A stretch of DNA of 64,000 nucleotides from Gnetum montanum (GCA_015680685.1 MNCI01003377.1:702708-766707), one strand, 5' to 3'; counted from the first letter of the stretch, positions 11,500 to 24,365 are shown. Numbers and translations are program-made. The notes: generated from the letters alone by a model not told the origin.

Positions 11500-14400
11500 A
11501 TTCTACCAGGTGGCCAGATGGGGCACCTAAGTAGAAATTCTTTAGATGAAATGCATTAAAATTTCTATTTAATTTTTATCCTTGCAAATTAGCAATTTTG
11601 TACACATTAGGGTCTAAGACATCTGTAACTTGGTATGGGCCTAACCACAAAGGAAAAAACTTACTTTGAGGACCTATTTGACCAAATGTTGTATCTCTTT
11701 TTAGGACTAGATCTCCTATTTTAAAGACTTTGTGTGTATATTTCTTGTCAAACCATCTTTTAACAATCTATTGATGATTAAGGTTATGAAAATCAACACA
11801 TAATCATTTTCTAACATGCACTAAATTTGATGTCTAACTTGAATGTTTCACAAGATAAATAATTTTAGATTCTAAAAGTTTATCAATTTCTTCTTTCATC
11901 CAAGTTTTAATCTTAGGTCTAACAAGTCTAAGTTTTTATAAGTCATCAAATAAAGCTTCTCTAGTTGCTATTTTAGGATAGATCTTATTTGAAAAATATG
12001 ACATCCTTTGACATGGCTTCTTCATTAATTTAAGAGACTTTAAAACATTAATCACTAAATTCACCATTGGAAAATAAAATACATGAATATGATTATCATC
12101 ATCAAAACTTGGATAGAAAAGATATTATCTGGAATAGAATAGGAGGTAACCTTTTCAATAATTATTTTAGAATCCCAAGCATTATGTCTAAAAGGGACAT
12201 CTAAAGTAGTGGCCATTTGAGCTAATGGATTAGGAACATAACTTTCTTCTCTAGGATTATGTTCAATGGATATGTCATCAAAATTTGGCATACCTTCTAA
12301 TGTTTTAATGGTTAGGATTTCATTTATATCTTTGTTCTCTTCTAATGGTGGTGATTCATCCAAAAGAAATCTTTTTCCATCATGTTGATGATAAGGCAAG
12401 GCATCTTCATAAACTTCTTTACATTCTCTACAAATTTGATAGTGTTGGGTGGAATTTGTATGAGAAAAAAGATTTATTTCAGTAATTTCACTCACATAGT
12501 CATTTATAACATGTTTGCCAAGTCTGACTTCAATAACTCCAATATAAAGACTAGTATTTTGATTTTCCAAAGATTGATTTTGTTGATTAAAAGATGTTAC
12601 CACTTTTTTATAAAAAGGTTCTCTTTTTATAACCACATATTTAGATTTTCCTTTAATAGGAATTAATAATTATGAGAAATTTGACCTAAAGAAGCCCCCA
12701 AACTTGGCTCCAAAAGTCCTAGATAAAAGCACACCATAAGTGGTTGACACATCAATTGCTAAAATATTGGTATAGCATGTAAAAGTAGGGTATCCTTTAA
12801 GTTGTACATTTACTCCTCTTAATGATCCTACCACAAGTACATTAGATCCATCAAGTTGTATCACACTTTTTGCTTGTGGTAACATTTGTGCTCCTAATGT
12901 TTTACATACCTCAAGTGGCATGACAATAACAATTGCACCAAAATCCATTACACAATTGTGAACATTTTTCTGAAATGACGAAAGTTGTTAAGAAAGGTGG
13001 TTGATCTTTCTTATTAGGCATAAAATTGCTTGAGTTTTGTATTGATAAAGCATTAGGACTTTTTGCAAAATGAACTTATCTTTTGATTGTTGGAGATTTT
13101 TCTTTATTGGTTTCAAGTGTATGAACTATCTTTTAAATCACATCTTTTATTTCATTAAATTGTAGAAGATCATACATTGAAAATTGCTTTTAACTCTTTT
13201 CAAATCTTCAACTAGGTCATAAGCTTTATGTTCATCTTTCACTTCCTGTTGAGGTGGAGTTCTTCTAAGTATAGAGGGGGATTTTGGTCATTGTGGGACA
13301 TTTTCTTGGGATGGTCCAGTTTGATTATTTGTTTTATTTTGACTAGAAGCTCTTTTGTAGGGAGGTGTATAAGGATTATTCCTAGTTTGTTGTTGTGTGG
13401 TGTCCATAATGTCACTAAGTCTACAGTAGCGAGTGTTATGTGGGTTGGCATAACTTACCATGACTTGTTCCAATAAGGGAAGTTCTTCATTTTTTATTTC
13501 ATGAGGTATGGTCAAGACCATAATTGGGGTTTTTCCATTTTTTTGACTTTGGGCATTGTCACCATATAACACTAAAAATTGAGAACATGTTTTCTTGAAA
13601 TATTTCCTAGTGTTATGAAGACAACAATAAGCATCACTGATTGATGTGCTTGATTTTTAAAATTGTATAGGGGCTTTATTGTTATTTCACTTCACTTCAA
13701 CTACTTCATTGGAAATATTTTGTTAATATTTATATCATTTAGTTTTCTATTTGACAAGGATATGCATTAGGATTAGATATTCCATTTGGTTTTATGATGG
13801 ATTAGATAAAAGATTTTGATTGATTGTCACTTAAATCGACATTTGGTGGTAAAAATGAAGAGTATCTGGGACCTTGAAAATAGCTACTTGTAGGTTGAGT
13901 CATTTGAAGGGGAGTGAAAGTTTGGAACAAAGTATCATTCATTGGGAAACTTTGTGATGGTAAAGGGGTAAACTGTATAAGGTTGCTAACATTCATCATT
14001 CCAAATTGAGTTTGAATGCTATTCATCAAGGTAATTTGTTTGAACTCAATAGCTTTAGCCATTGCTTCTTGTATTTTTATTATGTTGGGATTAGATTTAA
14101 TGGCATAGGCAAAAAAAGGGTGGTAGAGATGTAGAAATTAAGAATACCATTAGGTTGTGGATGCATCTCATTCAATGCATAAGCAAGTTGATGGAGGAGT
14201 CTTAGATTGTAATTACAGATGTTTTTCCTAGGTAGTTTTCCTAGGCTTGTGGAATTACTTGATGCTAAGGTAGGGCTAGTGAACTTATTGAATTAGAGTT
14301 AAAACTTCTTTTTAAACTCTTTCCATGGATTGATAGAGGCATTAGAAAGCATGAAAAACCAGTGGGTGGCTTTGCTCCTAAAAGTTGCCACAAAGACCTT

Positions 14401-14598
14401 ACATGCTATGTCATTTTGGATAATGTTATGGATGCCTAGTAAGGTTTCAAAACATTATATATGTTGGTAGGCATCACTAGTAGGGGCTATGGGATCAAAG
14501 AAAAAATTTATGTTTTGAAGTAATTTTGGAATATCGTGATCATTTGTGAAGTTAAAAGGGTTGCTCACCAAGGGAGCTGGGGGTTGATAGGCTACCAT
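11500..14598 (-). pseudogene. Disrupted gag-pol of element B
   Basis: gag start MVAYQPPAPLVSNPFNFTNDHDIPK; protease VHNCVMDFGA..YGVLLSRTFGAKFGG; FDDISIEHNPREE..LAQMA (aRH C-terminus); WMKEEIDKLL..TSNLVHVRK..LCVDFHNLN (RT start) fused to RWFDKK..KFFPLWLGPY..NAFHLKNFY (integrase end). Confidence 0.8.
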
Positions 14599-15254
14599 CT
14601 TAGTTCAAATTCTTCTAGGGATAGAACTTGGAAATTGCAAAAATCATTATTTTCTTAAAGTGAAATGATAAGTATCTATTTGATTAGTGGTAGGAGTAAA
14701 AGATCTTTTTTAAGTTGTTCTATGGGGAGGTTGGCTCAGAAAATGAAAATAACAAGAAATGTAAAATGCTAATAAATAGTGAAAATTACTACCAAACTGT
14801 AAATATTAAAGATAATAGAAAAACATTCACATATTATATTTTTTTATTATATATATATTATATATTTTTAAAAAACTAAAATTTACAATAAAAGAGAAAT
14901 TGAAATTGCGATATATAAAATTTAAAACTAAAATAAACAAGAATTTGTAAAAAAGAACAAAAATTTTAGAAATTGTAAATGGGAATAGCAATTTGCAAGA
15001 ACCGAAAACAAGAAATTTTAGTAGGCAACAGTAAAGTAGATAGCAAAAAAAAAAATAAGAAAGTAAATTTCAAGGAAGCTAAAACAAGGCAAATTGAAGT
15101 TTCAAAATAGAAATGAAGCAAAGAAAAGGAAATGGGACAGTATCAAGGATAGGAAATGAAATAGAGATAGAATTAGGAACAAGAAATGAAACAAAGATAG
15201 AATCAAGAACAAGAATTGAAACAAAGATAGAATTAGGAATAGGAAATGAAACAT

Positions 15255-15272
15255 GCCCTCCTTCTACTGCCA
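15255..15272 (-). other. Primer-binding site, tRNA-Asn type
   Basis: Minus strand reads ..ATCAACA-CCTTT-TGGCAGTAGAAGGAGGGC. Confidence 0.8.
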
Positions 15273-16139
15273 AAAGGTGTTGATGCATAAATTTTGGATA
15301 CATCAACACCCGAAAAACACATTTAGGGAGACTATTGCCTAGGGCAGCTCCTATATGGGTACAGGAACTTGGGAATAGTCTCAGCTGGTAGGGAAATATG
15401 ACGTTTTGTGACATATAAAGATGCTAGTAAGTTAAATGATTTTAACAAGGACATATAAAAGGCAATTCAAGATAATTTTCATAGAAAGAAAATCACTTAC
15501 TTTTTAAATTTTTAACAATAAAACTTGTATATCAATAAAACATGAAATTAAAGTAAGAAATAGCTGACAACTTGGACAAGATTAATCTAAGTTTTGAAGT
15601 AAAACAAGTTTTGTGTTTAATCCATAACATAGGGACCACTGTTCAGTTTCAGAAATATAAAATGATAGAATGAAATGATGACTTAGCTCAAAATGAACAT
15701 AGATGGAACAACTTCTGGCATAGCCTTACCTACTAGTGCTTGCAAGAAGCACACCTCTTCCAAAGAGCCTACAATCTTTGACTATTGAATCTACTCACTA
15801 CTCTACCTTGAACTACCTTTGGGAGAGCCACCAAATAGGCAAAAAAAGTAAGAGAGAACCCTTGGATTTTCCATCATGACTCCACTTGGAGGAAATCCCA
15901 CCATCGTAGGTAGCTTTCTACTTCATGTGCCTATCCTCTTTCATTGCCAAGAAATTTGTTAGGATAAGTCTAGCACATGAGGAGCCACCACCCATGCATA
16001 ATGGCCATGGCAATTACTACCCACACGTAATGTCTATTGTAACATCCACTACCACCACCCATGCATAACATCCATTATAACATCAACCAATCATGTGTGG
16101 AAATGATAGTGGACACCACCAATCATGTGGCAATGAAAT

Positions 16140-17823
16140 ACTTTCCACATCACGAAAAATGCATCCAACTATGCATTAGAAGTAGTGTTCACATGAATGG
16201 ATGATCAAAAATGTCCATATTATATCCATTATGTAATTAGGAACATTATGGATGCACAACTTAATTACACCACTATAGAAAAGTAAATTTTAATGGTGGT
16301 GTATGCTCTAGAGAAATTTAAGCACTATGTGCTTGGACATCCACTTCTTGATGAAAAAATCAATAGTGATACCTCATGTTATATGGTGGTTGGTGGTTTT
16401 ACAAGAGTTTAATCTTACAATGATGGATAAAAAGTAAACTAAGAATGTAGTTTTCGATCATTTATGTCGGTTAAGATAGAATAGTAATGATAATAATTAC
16501 TCCTTATTTGATCAATTTTGAGCTAAAATTCTCTTTGTTAAGGTAACCAAAGTTCATGCACAAATGGTTATAAATTGTTATGATAAATTTCTCTCATATC
16601 TATGAACACAGGAGACTTCTACTAAATAGGATCATATGTAGAAATAGCAATTTCTTTACCAGGTGAAACACTACATGCATATGAAAGGCAACCTTTACAT
16701 GGTTTGTGCTAATCACCTAGTATGATGGTGTGTACCTAATGTAGATCAACTAAGAGTCCTCTAAGATGCTTATAAAGGATCTTGTGGAGGACATTATCTA
16801 GAAAGAAGGATGACCACAAAGATCTTGATGGTAAGATATTTTTGACCAAAAATCTTCAGAAATGCTCAACATTTTGCCTATTCATGTGAGAGATGCCAGT
16901 GAGATAGAGGGATGAAAACTAAAATGGAAAGGCTATAATAGTGGATCCAATCATTAAAACCTTTTGACATTTGTAAAACTAATTTTATGATATCCATAAC
17001 TCCCATGTCTAATGGAAAGTTATACATTATTGTTTATGTACTAAGTGGGTTAAAGTTGCAATTGTTTTTTACTGTATCTCTACTATTGTAGCTCATTTCC
17101 TTACAAAATAGGTGGTAAATAGATTTGATATGCCTAGAGTACTAATTTCTAACAAAAAAACATATTTTACAACTGCTACCTTTCACAAGTTAATGCAACA
17201 CTTGGGGTGCAACATAAACTCACAATACCTTATCACCCTTAAGCCAATGGTCAAGAAGAGATAATCAATATGAAGATCACTTAAATTCTAACATGAGCCA
17301 TTAGTAGATATAGGAAAGATTAGAGAACCAATCTCAATGATGCCCTTTGTCATATTTCTCAACATGAAAGCTTTCTATAGGCTACTCTTCCTATAAGTTA
17401 TTGTATGGAAAGTTATCTAAACTTCTAATTCAAACTAAACTTTGTATACTCACAATTGCTTATGAACTAGACTTAGACATTAACCTAGCATAAAAGAAAT
17501 AACTCATAATACTTAACATGCTAGAAAAAAATTGAAGAGTAGCTCTAATGATGAATGAAGTGCATAAGACATACAATAAATAGTGTCATGACACATGAAT
17601 AATGAAAGTTACATTCAAAATAGAAGATAAGGTTCTCTATTAGAATCCCATACATGTGTTGTAATAAACTATGTTTCAAACATTATGGAAAGGACCTTAC
17701 ATCATATACTCAACCTTTCCTTCTACGGCTATAACAATTTACAACCCAACAAGCCCTTAGAAGCATATGCTTGTCAACATCTAGTAACTTAAATCATTCA
17801 TGGACTTCAAAGCAATTAACCAT
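16140..17823 (+). pseudogene. Ty3/gypsy RNase H and integrase remnant of the host element
   Basis: NASNYAL, VVYALEKFKHYVLG, WWLVVLQEFNL, DHLCRL, SCERCQ, RFDMPRVLIS, TIPYHP*ANGQ, LWKGPYII. Confidence 0.85.
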
Positions 17824-18717
17824 TGATGAGTTGCAAATTGGCCACATCGACGAGGCCTCATCGACTAGGCCCCATCAACTGGGCCACATCAACTAGGCCC
17901 CATTGATGCATTGTTTGATAATTTGATATGGTCCTGTCGATGTAGGGTCTATTCTTGTCTATAAATACATGCCAACCCACCATGTTTAGGCATCATTTTG
18001 TCGTAGTTGTAGTGAAGCTCTTGTAGTTTTTACATTCGAGAGTTAGAATATTTTCTTGAGTGCCCATAATAGAAGTCATTGAGTGTATGGATCTTTATTT
18101 GAGCACTATTGTATTTGAGCATGATAGTATGTACGGTAATAAAGACAAACTTCTTGATAAACCTTGTAGCATTCTAGATAGTTTAAATGTTTTATTTATA
18201 CATTTAATGTTTTCAGTTATTTATCCAATGTTCTTAAGTAATTAAGTGAGATAAGCTAACTAGTAATTAAGTAAACACATAAGTACAACTACTTTGAGCA
18301 TGTGTATGATGTTTGCTAATCCCAGCAACACTTAACGCTTGGTAACCTAACAACGTTATATGTGTTTAGGATGTGTATGACAAGTGGGACTGGATACTTA
18401 TGCTAGGATAGTTGAACATTAGTTAGCTCATTAGATTAAAGTAGGTATTAAATTACTTTATTCTTTATTCTGTTTAATTCAAGTACCAATACCATAAAAT
18501 ATAAAATGGTAAAAATCATGTGCCTCAATTACATGTAAATCATACCCTTAAGCTTCACATGTGTAGTTGGGAAGAAAATGAACATCCTCAATGTAAAGTT
18601 TGCCTCCTAGAGAACTAGTGCACTGGAAAACTATAGAGTCCACATAATTCAACTAGATTGTTCATGAACGCTTTGTAATTCGTAAGGTTGGGTGTAGGGA
18701 TACCTCGCTACTCATCA
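17824..18717 (+). repeat. 5' LTR
   Basis: Collinear with 24589-25462; CATCGAC(G/T)AGGCC array, then TATAAATA at ~17959. Confidence 0.9.
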
Positions 18718-18718
18718 T

Positions 18719-18737
18719 TGGCACTATTGCTAGGAAC
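18719..18737 (+). other. Primer-binding site, tRNA-Asp (Athila type)
   Basis: TGGCACTATTGCTAGGAA equals TGGCGCCGTTGCCGGGGA with only C>T/G>A changes. Confidence 0.8.
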
Positions 18738-19044
18738 TCTTTCTATTGAAACATGTGCTATCTAGGATTAGTGAACATCATTAACATCATTGAATAAACC
18801 CTAAGGTTAACATCATTCTCACACATAATGTAATCACATAAGAACATTGATATTTTATTTGTTTTGAAAAATGTCTTCTTCTCACAAGCGTGACAATGCT
18901 AAATTGTCAGTCCATGAAGAATGCAAAGTGGTATATACTCATCTAGATGAGTATGTGCTTGATTTCACCTTCATCTTGCATTAGGATAAACAACTATGAT
19001 GGCATGACATGAAAGAAAATATTGTAATGCCTCCCAATTCCTAA

Positions 19045-19469
19045 TGCAAGAGAAAGATTGATCAACCTAAATGTGCTTGATGAAAACTGATTAGTGGTCC
19101 TATCTTCGAATGAAATGCACAAGGCATATAATAAGAAGCATCATGACCTTGGAATATAGAAAGTAAAATTTCAACCTAGAGATAGGGTTCTTTATTGGAA
19201 CCCTAGACATGTACCCTAGAAAAAAAAAGTTCCAAATGTTGTGGGATGAACCTTATATAATTGATGAAACCTTTCCCTTTGGGGCCATGTTAATCTACAA
19301 ACCTGAGAGCCCACATAGAAAGAAATTGGTCAACATCAAACAAGTGAAACCTTTCCTTGAGCCAAAGCAAGCTAGTGCGACTAATACTTCATTAGATGGA
19401 CAACCATGCTTTATATTCCATGTCTCCTCCTTTCAACTCAATCATGGAGGAGATGATCATCCATGCTAA
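19045..19469 (+). pseudogene. Integrase C-terminal remnant (GPY/F region)
   Basis: QEKRLINLNVLDE..KFQPRDRVLYW..KKFQMLWDEPYII..KLVNIKQVKPF. Confidence 0.8.
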
Positions 19470-20959
19470 CCATACACACGACTCTCAATTTTTCACTTTT
19501 TTGTTTTACACTTTGTTTATTTTTATCTATTTTTGATTTTTCACTATGTTGATTTTCTCAATTTTTGTTTTACAACATCGTTAGTATGTTTTATCTTTCT
19601 TGAACATTTTATACTTTCTTATACATTTTACTTTATTTTTGTGTGAATTTTCATTATTTTTTCTAATAAAAGTGCTTTATTACTATAGGACATAATGCCA
19701 ACATTGCTATTTACTAATGGTGGTTTATGCTTAATGTTTTGATGGTTAATGTTTGATTTCTATTTTTGAATTCTAATGTCTAATAACTAAGACATGGTTT
19801 AATTTTCATGAAAAAAGTAGTAAGTCCACATCATCCACCCATTCACAAACTTTATAGTTTTCCTTGTTTTAGAAGTTTGAGGTCCCTTTAATTAAATAAA
19901 CTTTTAACAAATTGGTAACCTTGGAAGTTTTTAGAATTGGGAAGGATTCAAAGGTTTTCATAGGGTGTGACTTCAAGGGTACTCAATACTCTTTGTACTC
20001 TTCTACTTATTTAGGTGCTTGAGTGTTTTCATTAACTTCTTACCATTCCATGTTAACCAATAACAAGAAGTTGAATAAAGTCTTTACATGATGTGGTTCT
20101 CATTTGAAAATAAATAGCACATGATGGGAATTCAAAGCACACCCCTTAGAAAAATAAATGATCTACAAGCACTAGTTATGGGACTAGGAAGACATGTTAC
20201 CCATGCTTGAAGGTCCCCTCTAACTAAGGCCCTCTCTCACTTCTTGCTTCTTTTTTCTTTTCTTTATGGAACAATGGTCATTTTATGGGAGCACTCTTAT
20301 GTTTTAAGGGTGTGGATCGGTCTTAGAGTGGTGATGCAAAGTTACTACAAGCAGTTGGTTTTGGGTCTAGAGTAAGGATGGATCTTTTTAGGTCATTTTA
20401 AACACAAACTCCAAAAGGGACTTCTTATGACCTTAATTTGGGATTCCATCCCATCTTCTTAGTCATCCATCTATGCTACCCATAACTCACCTCATTGCTA
20501 GTTTCTATGTTTCACTTGATGTCTTAGTTTGATGTGTTGGAATTCTTGGATAGATTCTTTTAGGTTTGTCCTTAACTTTTCATGATCATTAATCAACTAT
20601 GGGTCCCATGGACTCCTTAGTTATGATTATGCAAGGGCAAAAAGGGCACGTGCCTGCTATGGGAAGGACCCACTTGCATAACTCTTAGTTTGGATAGCTA
20701 AGACCCTAACCTTAGACATTGTTGTAATCATACCTTTTGCATGCCCCATTATGCATCTAGCTCTATTCTCCTTTAACTTTCATGAAACTTCATTCTCCAA
20801 CCATTTTCTCAATTTTCTCAAATTAAAATTTTCTAAACTCCAACATCCTCTTCTACTATTTTCATCATGTTTGTGGCTTTTTGGGCTTCCATTTAACCCC
20901 TATTTCACTCAAAAATTCCTTGTATTTTGAAATTTTTTTCCAAAGTCAACAATGATCAA

Positions 20960-21056
20960 CAGTTGCATTGACTAGGCCTAGTCAACCAGGCCTTATCGCC
21001 GTAGCTAACCTCATCAACTAGAACTCATCAACGTAATGCAAAAAATCTATAAATAT
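20960..21056 (+). promoter_or_regulatory. Putative internal promoter for the accessory ORF
   Basis: LTR-like CAT(C/T)(G/A)ACTAGGCC units directly upstream of TATAAATA (~21048). The same layout occurs at ~26890-26965 and, on the minus strand, ~50270-50370. Confidence 0.55.
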
Positions 21057-21508
21057 TGCTAATACTTTGCAATTTTTTATCATTTTCTTCACACCAAGAG
21101 GGGATCTTTTGCTATTTTTTAGAGCCCAAAACCTTCCAGAGTCCATAACTTTTCAGCTGTTTGTCCAAATCACTCCATTCTTTGATCTTGCAGCTATTGG
21201 AGGTAATCTCTTCATTGTGGGGGCTGCAAACCTTAAGGTTTTTAATGAAAAGTTTTTTTTCCCCTAAAGGGTTAATGAATACAATGATATTAAACCATCA
21301 TTTTTTTAGATGTTAACCCTTTCAACAACCTCCGGTATGACTATAATCATTTATTAACATCAAAACATGAATAAACTAATAAGTAAAATAGATCAAATTA
21401 GCCATAATCACAACTTGGCCAGGTGTAACGTTCCTAACAAAATAAGGTATCACAAATTGTTTCACATTACACAATAATTGCTAACTCATGGTCATGTTGG
21501 AATTATAG

Positions 21509-24365
21509 ATGGCACCAAGACCGAAACAACCATAGGAGGAAAGATAATCTCAAAAAAGGGAGAAATGACCTAGAACTAGAAGGGGCCAACAAGAATAAGC
21601 CTAGGAATAGGCAAAAGAAACCCATGCAATGGGACCTCTTCATGAAGAGCCTGAAGTGGAATCTATTTAATAGATTCCTAAGGAAGAGGCTACAATAAAA
21701 TAATCACTATGAGGAGAGGCACTAGGGCCTATGCTAAGACTTGAGGTTATATTGACACAAGCTTGTCTTGACAAAATTAGGCCACATGATATCCAATGCT
21801 CAATTCTCCATGAACTGAACTTTGGGCCATTCTTAGAGCATGCTCTAGTAGAGGTAAAGACATAGTTCCAAACATCTTCCATGTGGCCAATCATCACTTT
21901 CAGTGGAGAGTGGTACATGTGAGAGATGTACCTCTTCTAGAATAATAGAAGGGTAGGTTTCATTATGAAGATCAAGAACATTCAAGTATCCTACTGAGCT
22001 AAAGCCATCACGCAAGCTCTTAGGTTGCCTGATTTTGGGACATAACTAGTAGAGCTATCTACACCAGTTGATCTAGAGGTGGAAAAGGAGTGAATCCATT
22101 GGTGTTATGGGGTTTCCCACAAGGATTTTGGCACACTCACATTGATAAAATGCATATACTTTAAGATAGTGACCTATCACCTCAATTTGACAGTGAGGCC
22201 TAGTAAGGTAACTACCTTCTCTGCCTAAGCATGTGCCATTCTAAGTGGAAAATTTCTAGCAAATCTTCCACAATTAATCTATCAATAGATAGAAAAGCAT
22301 TTTAAAAATAATGAATGTGGAAGGAAAAATCCACCTTTCCCATGCCTTATTTGAAAACTTTGCAAAAGGGTAGGGATAATCCACTACACCAATTATAGGA
22401 TTAGGCATACTCCCATTGCCTCTTGGTCTGAAATGATGAAGGACAAGATGCCTACCATGTCTAAAGAAGAGGATCGGAAATTACCACTTTCACCACCTAC
22501 TTAAGAAACAATGGTGGAAGCCTAGATTACCATAGAACACCCACATAAAATTTAAGAGTAGCTCTTGCGATAACAGGAGTAGTGAGTAGGAATGAGTGGT
22601 GGAGATCCATCTATATATTGACCTACGATGAGTCACCCTAATGAAATGGCTTGAAGAATTAGTCAAATGGAGGGAGGTGGACCAATATTCTCAGCCCAAT
22701 AAATGTAGCTACCCATGAGATTGAGTCCCAATTCCTAAGAGGTAATGGTGTCTCTCTCTCAACACCATTTATTCTCAGAAATCTCTAGGAATGCTGCCTC
22801 CTTTCTAGTGCGCTTAGAGGAGAATGAGTGGGCAACTATATTGGTGATCCAACACTAAGGGAAATAGATAACTATGAAAGTGATTGCTGATCAAATTGTT
22901 AAAGCACTTAACGCACCTATGACATCTATACTAGACATATATGCACTTAGAGATGTGCAAATGTTTGTAGGAACTGGTAGTAAAAGATTGAGTGTAGCTC
23001 AACAAGAAGAGTTGCTAGATCGATTGGTGGGGAGTGAGCAACTGATTCCAAACATCTTTGATTTTTGGGATAACATTACTACAACCTAGTTAGAGCTGCT
23101 CAAAGCAAAGGAAAAATGTATCATCTTAGAGGAGCAACTTGAAATGGCTCTAGTAGAAAACCAATGCTTGGCTACAAAGGTTGCTAAACTGCATGCCCAT
23201 TTTGCTGATCCTGCACTCCTTAATCCTATAATAACTAGCAATGAAGCTTTTCAATAGCTTCAAGAATGAATAAAACAAGTTGAAGAGGAAATGGTGAAGA
23301 CCATCTTAACTAGTCCATAGCAAAAGTAAAGACCTATTTAGTTCATAAGGACTTGGTTCAGATGTGCTAGGAAAATGAAATACTGACCATAGAAAACCAT
23401 TACCTGTGAAATCTTAATGCATAAAAATAATAGATGCAAGAATTTATTCATCAACAATAGGCATAGCTAGCTAGAGAAAACATGAAATTATGAAAATTGG
23501 CAGTAGAGAATCAGAATCTATCTATGAAGGAATTCCATGCCTTATGCCAAAAATCTACCATTGAAATTGCTACCTGGAAAAATGAGGCTTTGAAATTTGA
23601 GAGAGTTAAGAATTACTACAAAGATTAGGTTGGCCTGTAGAAGGAGGTGAATGAGATACATATTTAAATGGCTAAGGCAAAAGTAAATGAGATCCTCCAA
23701 TAACTCCAGTAAGAAAAATAAGTATGACAACCTATCATTAATGGAATAGATGCCTACAACAAAGTAGAGATATGCGTGAAGGAGTTGCAAATCAAAGAAA
23801 TAATAGAATATATGGAACTAGCCAATCTTCAATATGAAAATATAGCAATGATGACTACTGGATGGCTGTAGTCAGAACTTGAAAAATAGGTGGACAACTT
23901 GTACTTGCTATACAAGGCTGAGTTCAAGCATCATAAAGACACTAAGCAAAAGCTTGCGATGGCAAACTAAAAGTTCTCAAGGCATCATTCACTGATCAAC
24001 AATCAACTACTGAGAACCTAGCTAGGAGAATGAATGATTATCAGGAGTTGCAAAATGTAATTAGGGCATTCAACATCAAGTGCAAAAAATTTGCTACCTA
24101 GTTCATCAATGTTAAGGAGTTGCTATTAGTAATTTCTTGTCATTTGAATGTGCCCATTCTGACTCATATTGGGGAAGTTGTGTGGACCATACATGATCCT
24201 AGGAGTAAGGAGGATAAAATGATAGCATTGTTGGATGCTTTTCACCTCCCACCAAAAGTTGTAGCAATAGCTAGATAGCCACAACAACCTCAACTGTTGC
24301 TTGTGCCTAAAGCTAGAGAAGGTCTGTTAAAGCCTCAAGTGCCTCCACTACTTGGGATTGTGTGA
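21509..24365 (+). pseudogene. Athila accessory ('env-like') ORF, ~950 codons, disrupted
   Basis: AG|ATG start, collinear with 46970-49837(-) and 27429-29052 + 61304-62204. N-terminal plant-transposon-protein-like domain (..PFPCLI..LC..G) followed by long heptad-rich helices. Confidence 0.7.

Larger units (their letters stand above)
8720..16140 (-). mobile_element. Internally deleted Tat-type Ty3/gypsy element B (PR-aRH-RT order)
   Basis: tRNA-Asn PBS at 15255-15272 next to an LTR starting TGTTGATG at 15278. Carries gag, protease, aRH remnant, RT N-terminus and integrase C-terminus. The ~200-bp direct repeat 8730-8930 / 15945-16140 may be LTR remnants; putative 3' LTR boundary at 10102. Confidence 0.7.

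Noticed and set aside
15079-15414. 111-aa hydrophobic ORF
   Set aside because: It spans LTR, PBS and a ~30-bp purine-rich UTR repeat; not a plausible CDS.
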